Of a stretch of DNA of 64,000 nt, positions 1 to 8,394 are shown one piece after another. Each line of letters begins with the position of its first letter. The first letter of the stretch is position 1. The stretch is taken from positions 9,073 to 73,072 of the forward strand of contig JAYOTG010000006.1 of NCBI GenBank assembly GCA_038150305.1. The letters are read 5' to 3'. The DNA is from Candidatus Poseidoniales archaeon (GTDB lineage: Archaea > Thermoplasmatota > Poseidoniia > Poseidoniales > Poseidoniaceae). The notes below the pieces were generated by a model. The model was not told where the DNA came from. It made no database searches and was given only the letters and a program-made list of their open reading frames with translations. The translations under genes were made by a program, and so were the position numbers.

Positions 1-628
1 TGTAGGCCTCGGCACAAGCCCGGCTCATCGCGATGGGCACGTCCTCGTCCTCTTCCCCATGTGCGAGGATCACCGGACACTGCGGCGTCAGTCCAATCGG
101 ATTGAGCGCGGTCCATGGCGTGGCCTGGTCCTCCGCCGGGCTTCCGACCCAACGGCGTACGGCGTCCCCACCATCGGAGAGCGCAGCCGCATCGGCGGCC
201 ACGAGATCACTCACCGCAGCTTGTGCCACGCACACCTTCGGGTGGCGTTCTGAGAGGGCGGCGACGACGAGCGCAAGATGGCCTCCAGCAGAATGTCCGA
301 TGACGGCGGTCCTTGACGCGTCAACGCCGTCGAGGCCTTCGAGATGGCCCCATGCGCGCAACACGTCGCTGATGGTCTCCTGCCACACGCCCTCGTCGTC
401 GGGACGCCAGCGTCGGTATTCCACGTTCCACACGATCAGGCCTGCTTCAGCCAAGGCTTCCGCGATGGGCGTCATGAGGCTGCGATCATAGGCCTGCTTC
501 CAGAATCCGCCATGCAGGAGCATGACCGCAGGCGTGCCGTGTTCGTTGGTGAACGGACCTTCTTCCTTGGGCAGGTGAAGGTCTGCGACGTGGTCTGGCC
601 CGTCGCCCCAACGGATTTCCTTGCGCAC
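1..628 (-). CDS. alpha/beta hydrolase (esterase/lipase type); C-terminus lies beyond the window start
   Basis: Absent from the ORF track because it runs off the window. My reverse-strand translation from GTG 628 reads VRKEIRWGDGPDHVADLHLPKEEGPF..PAVMLLHGGFWK..TAVIGHSAGGHLALVVAA..PVILAHGEEDEDVP. It shows the HGGxW oxyanion motif and the GHSAGG nucleophile elbow. There is no in-frame ATG/GTG/TTG upstream of 628. It lies 37 nt downstream of the aspS stop on the same strand. Confidence 0.7.
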   Translation of the reverse strand, partial: MRKEIRWGDGPDHVADLHLPKEEGPFTNEHGTPAVMLLHGGFWKQAYDRSLMTPIAEALAEAGLIVWNVEYRRWRPDDEGVWQETISDVLRAWGHLEGLDGVDASRTAVIGHSAGGHLALVVAALSERHPKVCVAQAAVSDLVAADAAALSDGGDAVRRWVGSPAEDQATPWTALNPIGLTPQCPVILAHGEEDEDVPIAMSRACAEAY

Positions 629-665
629 GAAGGGCGCTGTCCTCGGAGGGGCGTCAACCTGTCGC

Positions 666-2075
666 TCAGGGGCAGACGCGGCGTCGGTCGCGTGGGAAGA
701 GCACCGTTTCCCGGACGTTCTTGGCCCCGGTGAGCACCATGAGGATGCGCTCCACGCCAAGGCCCCAACCGGCATGCGGCGGCACGCCGTGGCGGAATCC
801 CGCGACGTAGAATTCGAACTCTTCAGGGTCAAGATCCATGTCGCGCAAGTTGTCGCACAGCACATCGATGCGGTGTTCTCGCTGTCCGCCAGAGGTCATC
901 TCGTCGCGGCCGAAGTTGAGGTCAAATCCACGGCTCAGTTGTCGTCCTGTGGAGCCGTCTTCACCCTCGACGTGGTGGATGTAGAAGGGCTTCAGGTCCA
1001 TCGGCCAGCGCGGGATGAAGTAGAATTGCGGCAGCCCTTGGGCGAGCAGATCGCTGTTCTCGGCGTCGATGTCGTCACCCCACTCAATGGAACCACCGCG
1101 TTCCTTGATGATGCGAATGGCATCGTCGTACTCGACGCGAGGGAAAGGCAGCTCGGGAACGATGACCTCGATGGGCTCCTCGTCCTGACTTGCCCGCCAA
1201 TCGTTGATGGCCTGGATGTGGCCTTGGCAGGCTGCGTCGTTCGAGACCGATGACCAGATGTGGTGCAGCATGCGCTCGAGGACGCCCATGACGTCGTCAT
1301 CGGTCGACCACGAGGATTCGATGTCGAAGGAAATGAACTCGTTGAGGTGCCGATAGGTGTCGTGCTTCTCGGCGCGGAAGGCGGGGCCGATCTCAAAGAC
1401 GCGCTCCAGGCCTCCGCTCATGCAGAGTTGCTTGAACAATTGCGGCGATTGGTTCAGGAAAGCCGGTGTGTCGAAGTAGGTCATCGGGAACAAATCCGTT
1501 CCGCCTTCGGTGGCCGTGGCCACGATTTTCGGAGTGTGGGTTTCGATGAACCCCTCGGTAATGAGGTGTTCACGGCCGTATTGGAGGACCTTGGCACGCA
1601 GGCGGAACATGGCGTTGACGTGTGCCCTCCTGAGGTCGAGGAAACGGTTGTCCAATCGAGTGTCCAAACCAACGCCGACGGTGTCGGTGACCCCGAGCGG
1701 AAGCGGAGCCTCGGCCGCTGCGATGACCGAAATGGAGCTGGCCAGCACCTCGTACGCGGGAGGTGGAGGTGTTTCACCTTCCTTGGTCTTCGGCGGGCGC
1801 TTCTGAGCCACCGTGCCGGTCACGGTCAGCGTGCTCTCTCGGGTCAAACCTTGGAGGAGGCTCAGCTGATCTTCGCCAAGCGTGTCGGCTTTGGCAAAGA
1901 CCTGGGTCATGCCCGTGCCGTCGCGAAGGTCGGCGAAGCAGATCGCGCCCTTGCCACGGCTCGCGTGCAAAAATCCGGCAACAGTAACTTCTTGGCCGAC
2001 AAGCTCCGCTCCTTTGCGTTGGATGTCGCCAAGCGTGTGGGTGCGGTAGGTCGTGGGGTGCCACGTCTCGTCCAT
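666..2075 (-). CDS. aspS: aspartate--tRNA ligase, archaeal/eukaryal type
   Basis: Track ORF 666..2192. The internal ATG at 2075 gives MDETWHPTTYRTHTLGDI, the YRTH N-terminus typical of archaeal AspRS. Class II motifs IGPAFRAEKH and GWGLGVERILM are present. The 39 upstream codons would invade the metK promoter and CDS. Confidence 0.9.
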   Translation of the reverse strand: MDETWHPTTYRTHTLGDIQRKGAELVGQEVTVAGFLHASRGKGAICFADLRDGTGMTQVFAKADTLGEDQLSLLQGLTRESTLTVTGTVAQKRPPKTKEGETPPPPAYEVLASSISVIAAAEAPLPLGVTDTVGVGLDTRLDNRFLDLRRAHVNAMFRLRAKVLQYGREHLITEGFIETHTPKIVATATEGGTDLFPMTYFDTPAFLNQSPQLFKQLCMSGGLERVFEIGPAFRAEKHDTYRHLNEFISFDIESSWSTDDDVMGVLERMLHHIWSSVSNDAACQGHIQAINDWRASQDEEPIEVIVPELPFPRVEYDDAIRIIKERGGSIEWGDDIDAENSDLLAQGLPQFYFIPRWPMDLKPFYIHHVEGEDGSTGRQLSRGFDLNFGRDEMTSGGQREHRIDVLCDNLRDMDLDPEEFEFYVAGFRHGVPPHAGWGLGVERILMVLTGAKNVRETVLFPRDRRRVCP

Positions 2076-2142
2076 GCTTGCTGCCGACCCCCGTCGCTCA
2101 TCAAGCCATCGTCCTGAACGCTTCTCCTGCACGAGGCGACCC

Positions 2143-2150
2143 TTCATATG
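2143..2150 (+). promoter_or_regulatory. TATA-like box (TTCATATG) 30 nt upstream of the metK ATG
   Basis: A/T-rich octamer in an otherwise GC-rich spacer. It belongs to the recurrent -29/-30 box family described in the findings. Confidence 0.35.
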
Positions 2151-2172
2151 CGTCGCTTTCAGCGCAACGGCC

Positions 2173-3405
2173 ATGACCGTCGAGTTGTTCACGTCCGAAT
2201 CGGTGACTTCAGGTCACCCTGACAAACTCTGCGACGCCATCTCCGACACCATCGTCGACGCCTGCCTGGCGGTGGACCCGCACGCCCGTGTTGCGGTGGA
2301 GACCTTGGTGAAGGGCGCGCCTGACAAGAGCATCATCGTGTTGGCGGGTGAGGTTTCGTTGAGCGGCGATGCACCGGATTACGAAGCCCTTGCTCGCTCG
2401 GCCGCCGGAGCCATCGGTTACGCCAACCATGCCATCGGTATGGACGCGACCAACCCCGACCTGACGGACGTTCACGTGCACATCACCACGCAAGCCGCGA
2501 ACATCGCGCAGGGCGTCAACGACCTTGGAGCCGACCAAGGTGCGGGCGACCAAGGCCTCATGTTTGGCTATGCCTGCGACGAAACCGAGGCTTACGACGA
2601 CCTCAAGGGCCGGTATTTTCCCCTCGCCGCTGCGCTTTCGCAGCGCTTGACGCGCCGGCTCACCACGGTCCGTGAGGAGGGCATTCTCCCGTGGGCGCGC
2701 CCTGACGGAAAGTCCCAGGTCACGGTACGCTACGAAGAAGGCGCAGCGCCCTTGGTGGACACGGTCGTGATTGCGATTCAGCACGACGATGCGCTCATCG
2801 ACGTGCACGGCAGCGAAGAAGCCGAGCGCGCCTTCGTCGAGCAGGAGGTTCGCGAGAAGGTGGTCGAGGTTGCGATTCCAGCCGCCTTGTTGCCTGCGGA
2901 TTACCGCCTTGTGGTCAACGGAACCGGTCGGTTCGCGGATCCAGGTGGCCCGCATGCGGATGCAGGCTTGACCGGTCGAAAGATCATCGTCGACACCTAC
3001 GGTGGCATGGGCCGTCATGGCGGTGGGGCCTTCTCTGGAAAGGACCCCTCCAAGGTTGACCGGTCGGCGGCCTACGCCGCCCGGTGGGCGGCAAAGCACG
3101 TGGTTGCAGCTGGCCTTGCCTCACAATGCGAGATTCAGTTGGCCTACGTGATTGGCGTCGCCGAACCCGTGAGCCTCCGCGCCGAATCCTTCGGAACGGG
3201 GACGATGGACGACAAGTCACTGTCCAACCTTGTCGGGGATGTCTTTGACTTCCGGCCGGCGGCCATCGCGTCTCGGTTGAACTTGCTCCAGCCGATTTAC
3301 GCCCCGACCGCTGCAGGAGGTCACTTTGGCCGCCACGCCGGAACCGACGGGACCTTCCCCTGGGAAGCCTTGGACCCGGCCATTCTGGACGCACTCCGCT
3401 CTTGA
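2173..3405 (+). CDS. metK: S-adenosylmethionine synthetase, bacterial/eukaryal type
   Basis: MTVELFTSESVTSGHPDKLCDAISD, GAGDQGLMFGYA and GGGAFSGKDPSKVDRSAAY signatures. Start trimmed from track position 2053 to ATG 2173. Confidence 0.93.
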   Translation: MTVELFTSESVTSGHPDKLCDAISDTIVDACLAVDPHARVAVETLVKGAPDKSIIVLAGEVSLSGDAPDYEALARSAAGAIGYANHAIGMDATNPDLTDVHVHITTQAANIAQGVNDLGADQGAGDQGLMFGYACDETEAYDDLKGRYFPLAAALSQRLTRRLTTVREEGILPWARPDGKSQVTVRYEEGAAPLVDTVVIAIQHDDALIDVHGSEEAERAFVEQEVREKVVEVAIPAALLPADYRLVVNGTGRFADPGGPHADAGLTGRKIIVDTYGGMGRHGGGAFSGKDPSKVDRSAAYAARWAAKHVVAAGLASQCEIQLAYVIGVAEPVSLRAESFGTGTMDDKSLSNLVGDVFDFRPAAIASRLNLLQPIYAPTAAGGHFGRHAGTDGTFPWEALDPAILDALRS

Positions 3406-3479
3406 GGCGAAGTGTCGGTTCATCCGACCGAAATTGCGGTGGCCTCAAGAGGCATCGGCCCGAGGCACCAACGGTTCCC

Positions 3480-6400
3480 ATGACGACAGAACGCCGCTCC
3501 GCCGTCGTCCTCGTGGTTTCTCTGCTTCTGGTGAGCCTCAGCCCAATCATCGGCTCAGCAGCAGCCGACGATGCCATTCACCTTTCTGTTGACGTTCAAC
3601 ACGTGGTGCTGACGCCCGGTGCCGCGACCAATGTGACCCTCACGATCACCAACAACGGCTCCTCCATCGACAGCTTCGATGTCGAGGTGGACAACGCCTC
3701 CCTCCACCCGTCATGGGAGGTTCTGGCGTTGGATGCAACCGTCACCAACGTCTTCCCAACGTGGTCAAAGAACACCACCATTGTTGTCCGCTTGGACGGG
3801 ATGGGGGTTCCTTCCCATGCGGACACGGTCGAGCTGGTGGTTTCGGACGCAGACGGTACGGCGGAGACCCGCCTCACCCTCGCTCTCTCCGTGGCGGACG
3901 TACACGCTCCGCGCATCGAAGCCTCGGGAGCAGGGAACGGTGGACTCGTGGTGCTCCAGCCTGGTGATGTCGTCGACGTGACCGTTCCCGTCCACAACGA
4001 CGGCAACGTGGTCGACACCATGTTGCTCGACGTCAACGCCAACCCTGATCTGGCAGGCTTCTGGGCCAATTGGTCGTCCACCGGCGGTTCAGAGAACGTC
4101 TCCAGCAACCAAACCGGTGGCAACAGTACGACTTCCTATGAGGTCTTGATGTACGGCAATTCCTACACCGCGGCCAATGGTCTTGACGGCCTTGTGCAGG
4201 ACCTTCTGAGGGAGGTTGGTGATGCCAACGTGTCGGCCAATGCCGGCGGAGGCATGACCCTCGAAGGCCACCGTGCCAAGGTCAACGCCAGCGGAGATGC
4301 GTGGAACACCAGCCTAAGCGGTCAGGCCTGGGACATGGTTGTGCTCCAAGATCAGTCGCAGATTCCTGGCTTCCCCCGCACCCAATCGGATTGGGTGGAT
4401 TCCAAGGACGCCGCCATCGCGCTCACCGAGCGCATCGATGACGAGGGCGCTGACGTCATGCTGCTGATGACGTGGGGGCGCCGCTCCGGTGACAGCATGA
4501 ACAGCGTGAGGTACCCAAATTTCACGGCCATGAACGACCATCTCCTGCAAGGCTACCTCGATTACGCCAACAACGCGACCAGCGCCCATCCCTCTGCCTC
4601 GGTGTTCGTGGCTCCAGTTGGTCTCGCTTTCGCGAAGATTCACGACGATCTTTTGGCGATAGGCACCGCCCCTGACCAGAGCGGGACCTTGTTCCATGAC
4701 CTCTACACCAGCGACGGATCACATCCCTCGTTGCATGGTTCCTACCTTGCTGCAGCAACCCTCCATGCCGCCATCCATGGCGGTTCTCCCGTCGGTCTTG
4801 CCTTGCCAAGCGGCATCAACGCCAGCGCAGGTCAGACCCTGCAGTTGGCGGCCGCGCACGCGGTGTTCAACGCGACCTCGTCGTGGACCTATCCATGGAC
4901 CGCGAGCGGTTCCGGCACCTCGGCCTCGGCTGTGGTCGGAGGCGACCTCCTCGCTTTGTTCAGCGATGACGTGATTGAGAACGTGAGCGCGTTCTCTTCG
5001 CAAAGCGCGACGCTCCGGCTCGAGGTGGCGCCAAACGCTGTGCCCGGAGATGTCGGTTTGGACCTCGTGGTGGCGTCAACTCAGGGCAACATCACGTCCA
5101 GCAGCACGCTGGTCGTTCGCATCGAAGCCGTGCCTGATCTCGCGATTGGAAACATCGATCCGTCCCAGCTGTTGCCCTTTGGCGTCGCTTCACAGACGTC
5201 GGTGGAGGTGACCAACACGGGTACGTCTGCAGCGGAGTGGACATGGTCGCTCGGGGCCAACGGTGCTGCAAGCTGCGTGTGGGACCTGCTGGACATGTCC
5301 AGCTCATTCACCGGCCCCGGGGACGTGGACACAGTCGGCCTCTCGGTCGAGGTGCCTCCTGCCTCCTCATGGCCTTCAGGGGTTCAGGAAGTCTGCGAGG
5401 TGGAACTCATCGCCTCATGGGCCAACGACAGTTCGGTGCAGGTCAGCCGTACCGTTGGTTTCGTGGTCGATGAACGGGTGGACTCGACCTTTGACGCACC
5501 AATGTCGGTCGACGTTGACGTCGAAACAGGCACCATGTGGCAGGCCACCTTCCAAAACGCAGGCTCCCACGACCTGAGCGTGACGTTGACCTTGATGGCA
5601 CCGTCGCCGCCGCTCGATGCATGCGACGGCCGGATGTCGACGTCATTGTCATCCTCTTCGACGCAAACCGTCGCGGCGGGTACAACGGGCGTGTGGTCCT
5701 TTGAGACCACCGTTGACGCGACCGATTCATGCGCGCTGACGCTCGAAGCCTCCACGGTTCATGGCGTGGTTACGGAGACCGTTCAACTCACGCCCGCTGA
5801 CCATGCGGCACTCACCGTTGAGGGGCCAAGCGATGCTCGTGTGGTGGTGGAGGCCGGCAGCGCTGCTGAGGTGAACCTGACCCTCGACCTCACAGGAACC
5901 GAGGACCTTGCTCTCGTGCTCAGCACGGTTGGCCTCCCGGGTGGCGTGACCATCAGTGACGTGTCTGGAGCCACCTCGTATTCCCTTTCCTCGCTCGCAC
6001 CGTCCATGATCGTGACCCTAGCCGTGGTCGCTGGACCCGAAGCGACCACGGGAGACCATGACGTCACCTTGACCTTCACCGACAGCACGCATGGCTCATG
6101 GGCACTGGAGCTGGCGGTGCAAGTGGGCGCTCGCCGTGGCGTTGACGTCGTCGCCACCTCTGGGGACGGGCAAGGGGACGATGTGCCGCAAGACGTCGAC
6201 ACGCCCCATCCAGGAGCGCCGACCTTGGGCGGGCTCGCTCAAGTGACGACCAGCATGACCGTGGTCAACACAGGGGCCAATCCTGCGACGTTCGTGCTGG
6301 ATGCTTCCACCGTGCACGGAAGCCAGGAGCTCGCCGTCACCCTCGAGCAGGACGTGGTGAGCCTTGCTGCAGGCGAGAGTGCGGTCATTTCTGTTCATCT

Positions 6401-7517
6401 CAGCCTCGATGGCTCTGCTGTGAACGGTGAGGTGTTTCACGTGGCGCTGACGGCCACCTCTTCCTTGGACAGCGCTGTTTCTGACGCAGTGATTCAGTCG
6501 GTCGTCTATCGCTCGCAGCAGGTGACCCTCGTCCTTGATGCCGACGCCACGAACGTCGAGGCTGGAGGTACTGTGTCTGGCACCCTTCGCCTTTCCACCC
6601 GCGTCGATGACCGGTTGTCCCTTTCAGCGTCTGGCGCCACATGCGATCTCCCAGGTCCAATGAACCTGAGCGGCTCAAGTGAACCGCTGGCTTGGTCGTG
6701 TACCATCGCCGAAACCGCGTCGGCGGGTCTTCTCGCGTTGAACGTCAGCGTTCGCAGCGCGGTTGGCGCCCTTGGAGCGGACGTCGTGGCCGGCGACGCC
6801 GTCGTGGTCACGGTGTTGCCGTCCTGGTCCGAGGCAGGCCCCCTCGAGGTGGTGGTCGAAGACGACGCCCTGTCGATCGAGACGAGCGGCTCGTCCACCA
6901 CCGTGGTTCGAATCACCAACACGGCCAACGCGTTGGCCGAGGGTGAACTGGAACTTGCAGGCTCGAACCTCGCCTACCTTCAGACCACGTGGGTCAGGCT
7001 CGGGGACGGTGCTCGAACGAGCAGTTTCTCGCTCGAGCCAGGAGCGTCGGCCCGCTACACCCTCGAGATGGTCCGCTTGACCACGAGCGCGTCCACCGCG
7101 GAGCCTGAGGTGCTTGCGACCTACACCTTGGCGGGCGTTGAGCGGTCGGACAGCGGCGGTACGATCGCCGTTGATCTTCCCGGGCCAACTTTGCCTCCTG
7201 GAGGCTTGGATCTTGGCTTCGCCCAGTTGAGCAACCAAGATTCCCTGATTGGTTTGACGTCAGGGTGGGTTGTTGCGCTGTTGCTTTTCGGCCTGCTTCG
7301 CATTCGTCGATCCTCGAACGCGCCAACCGAGGAAGAGCCTGATAAGGAACCCGAAGAGGAACCCGTTGAATTGGGTCACAACGAAGCGCGGATTGAGGAC
7401 GGGAACAGGGTGGCTTGCCCGAGTTGCGAGGCCGTGCTCGGCGTACCCGCCGGGAGTGAGCCCCCATTCAGGTTCACGTGCCCAACCTGCCAATCGAGCA
7501 TCCGTGTCTTGCCCTAA
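3480..7517 (+). CDS. giant surface protein: signal peptide, CARDB/Ig-like repeats, embedded SGNH/DUF4886-like esterase domain, C-terminal TM helix and cytoplasmic zinc ribbon
   Basis: ATG 3480 gives MTTERRSAVVLVVSLLLVSLSPIIGSAAADD, a signal peptide. Repeated beta-rich modules are present (VTLTITNNGSSIDSFDVEV, VTVPVHNDGNVVDTMLLDV). Positions 4134..4790 read YEVLMYGNSYT..VVLQDQS..LLMTWGRR..DGSHPSLHGSYLAAATLHA. The TM helix is LIGLTSGWVVALLLFGLLRI, and the tail contains CPSC..x17..CPTC. Confidence 0.8.
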   Translation: MTTERRSAVVLVVSLLLVSLSPIIGSAAADDAIHLSVDVQHVVLTPGAATNVTLTITNNGSSIDSFDVEVDNASLHPSWEVLALDATVTNVFPTWSKNTTIVVRLDGMGVPSHADTVELVVSDADGTAETRLTLALSVADVHAPRIEASGAGNGGLVVLQPGDVVDVTVPVHNDGNVVDTMLLDVNANPDLAGFWANWSSTGGSENVSSNQTGGNSTTSYEVLMYGNSYTAANGLDGLVQDLLREVGDANVSANAGGGMTLEGHRAKVNASGDAWNTSLSGQAWDMVVLQDQSQIPGFPRTQSDWVDSKDAAIALTERIDDEGADVMLLMTWGRRSGDSMNSVRYPNFTAMNDHLLQGYLDYANNATSAHPSASVFVAPVGLAFAKIHDDLLAIGTAPDQSGTLFHDLYTSDGSHPSLHGSYLAAATLHAAIHGGSPVGLALPSGINASAGQTLQLAAAHAVFNATSSWTYPWTASGSGTSASAVVGGDLLALFSDDVIENVSAFSSQSATLRLEVAPNAVPGDVGLDLVVASTQGNITSSSTLVVRIEAVPDLAIGNIDPSQLLPFGVASQTSVEVTNTGTSAAEWTWSLGANGAASCVWDLLDMSSSFTGPGDVDTVGLSVEVPPASSWPSGVQEVCEVELIASWANDSSVQVSRTVGFVVDERVDSTFDAPMSVDVDVETGTMWQATFQNAGSHDLSVTLTLMAPSPPLDACDGRMSTSLSSSSTQTVAAGTTGVWSFETTVDATDSCALTLEASTVHGVVTETVQLTPADHAALTVEGPSDARVVVEAGSAAEVNLTLDLTGTEDLALVLSTVGLPGGVTISDVSGATSYSLSSLAPSMIVTLAVVAGPEATTGDHDVTLTFTDSTHGSWALELAVQVGARRGVDVVATSGDGQGDDVPQDVDTPHPGAPTLGGLAQVTTSMTVVNTGANPATFVLDASTVHGSQELAVTLEQDVVSLAAGESAVISVHLSLDGSAVNGEVFHVALTATSSLDSAVSDAVIQSVVYRSQQVTLVLDADATNVEAGGTVSGTLRLSTRVDDRLSLSASGATCDLPGPMNLSGSSEPLAWSCTIAETASAGLLALNVSVRSAVGALGADVVAGDAVVVTVLPSWSEAGPLEVVVEDDALSIETSGSSTTVVRITNTANALAEGELELAGSNLAYLQTTWVRLGDGARTSSFSLEPGASARYTLEMVRLTTSASTAEPEVLATYTLAGVERSDSGGTIAVDLPGPTLPPGGLDLGFAQLSNQDSLIGLTSGWVVALLLFGLLRIRRSSNAPTEEEPDKEPEEEPVELGHNEARIEDGNRVACPSCEAVLGVPAGSEPPFRFTCPTCQSSIRVLP

Positions 7518-8305
7518 GCAGAGCGACGCTGGGCGATGAGCAGGAAGGCCGTGTGTCCGAACGGGCCGTTTGCCGGACGTACACCGCCCCGTGAGGCGCG
7601 GCTCCACGGGCGTTCCATGATTTCTCCAGCCCAATCCACTGCCAAGCCTGCAGCCTCACACGCCTCCCACGCTCGCTCGAGTTGGCTGGTTACGGGGCAG
7701 TAACACGCCAGACGCCCTCCCGCGCGCAGCAGCGGTGCGAGGGCCGCAATTGATGGCGTATGATCGGCCATGTCAAGGACCACGGCATCGAGGCCTTCCG
7801 ACGCAATGCTCTGAACGTCTTCAGCGACGTCTTCGGCCAGGCCGTTGATGTGCGTGTGATGGGGTCCATCTGGCCACGCAACGGCGGCGCGCTTCAGGTT
7901 GTCCAAACCGACCTTCGCGTGTTCTTCCCGTGGTTCGACGGTGATGTGGTGGCCGGAGGGTCCCAGTGCACGCGTGATGTGGAGGCCCAGTCCAGCGCTT
8001 CCTAGCCCCGCTTCCAAGACGGTGTCGTCACGGCCGATGCCGAGCCTTGCGACCAAGATGCCTGCGTCCTTCTCACCGATGGTTTGGGCTCGCCTTAACA
8101 TGCCGCGACGTAATTCTGTGAGTCCAGCTGGTAGGATTGTTAATTCCTTGCCGGCGAGAACAGCAATGCCCCCAACCGAGTGCTCCTTCAACATTTGAGC
8201 AGGGTTGAAGACGCCCAGCCCCTTGATTTTGATGTCCTCGTCCACGACGTTGACGGTCCACGTTCGACCGTCTTGAGCGACCAAAGCCACCATGTTCGGC
8301 GTCAT
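7514..8305 (-). CDS. trmI: tRNA (adenine-N1)-methyltransferase TrmI/Gcd14 family
   Basis: RRAQTIGEKDAGILVARLGI, the SAM motif VLEAGLGSAGLG, VVLDMADH and a C-terminal HTAFLLIAQR. ATG 8305 (MTPNMVALVAQDGRTW) aligns with the N-terminus of archaeal TrmI as I recall it. The track start at 8362 is a TTG. The stop overlaps the convergent surface-protein stop. Confidence 0.8.
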   Translation of the reverse strand: MTPNMVALVAQDGRTWTVNVVDEDIKIKGLGVFNPAQMLKEHSVGGIAVLAGKELTILPAGLTELRRGMLRRAQTIGEKDAGILVARLGIGRDDTVLEAGLGSAGLGLHITRALGPSGHHITVEPREEHAKVGLDNLKRAAVAWPDGPHHTHINGLAEDVAEDVQSIASEGLDAVVLDMADHTPSIAALAPLLRAGGRLACYCPVTSQLERAWEACEAAGLAVDWAGEIMERPWSRASRGGVRPANGPFGHTAFLLIAQRRSA

Positions 8306-8365
8306 GGCCCCCGATTCGGCGGTCCCGATTTGACCTCTTCGGAACAAGGACACCACGCGCAATGT

Positions 8366-8373
8366 TTCATAAG
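8366..8373 (+). promoter_or_regulatory. TATA-like box TTCATAAG 29 nt upstream of ATG 8395
   Basis: The same octamer occurs upstream of sufC. It supports 8395 rather than 8362 as the start of the surface-protein gene. Confidence 0.4.
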
Positions 8374-8394
8374 TCTCACAGCCATCCTAGAATT

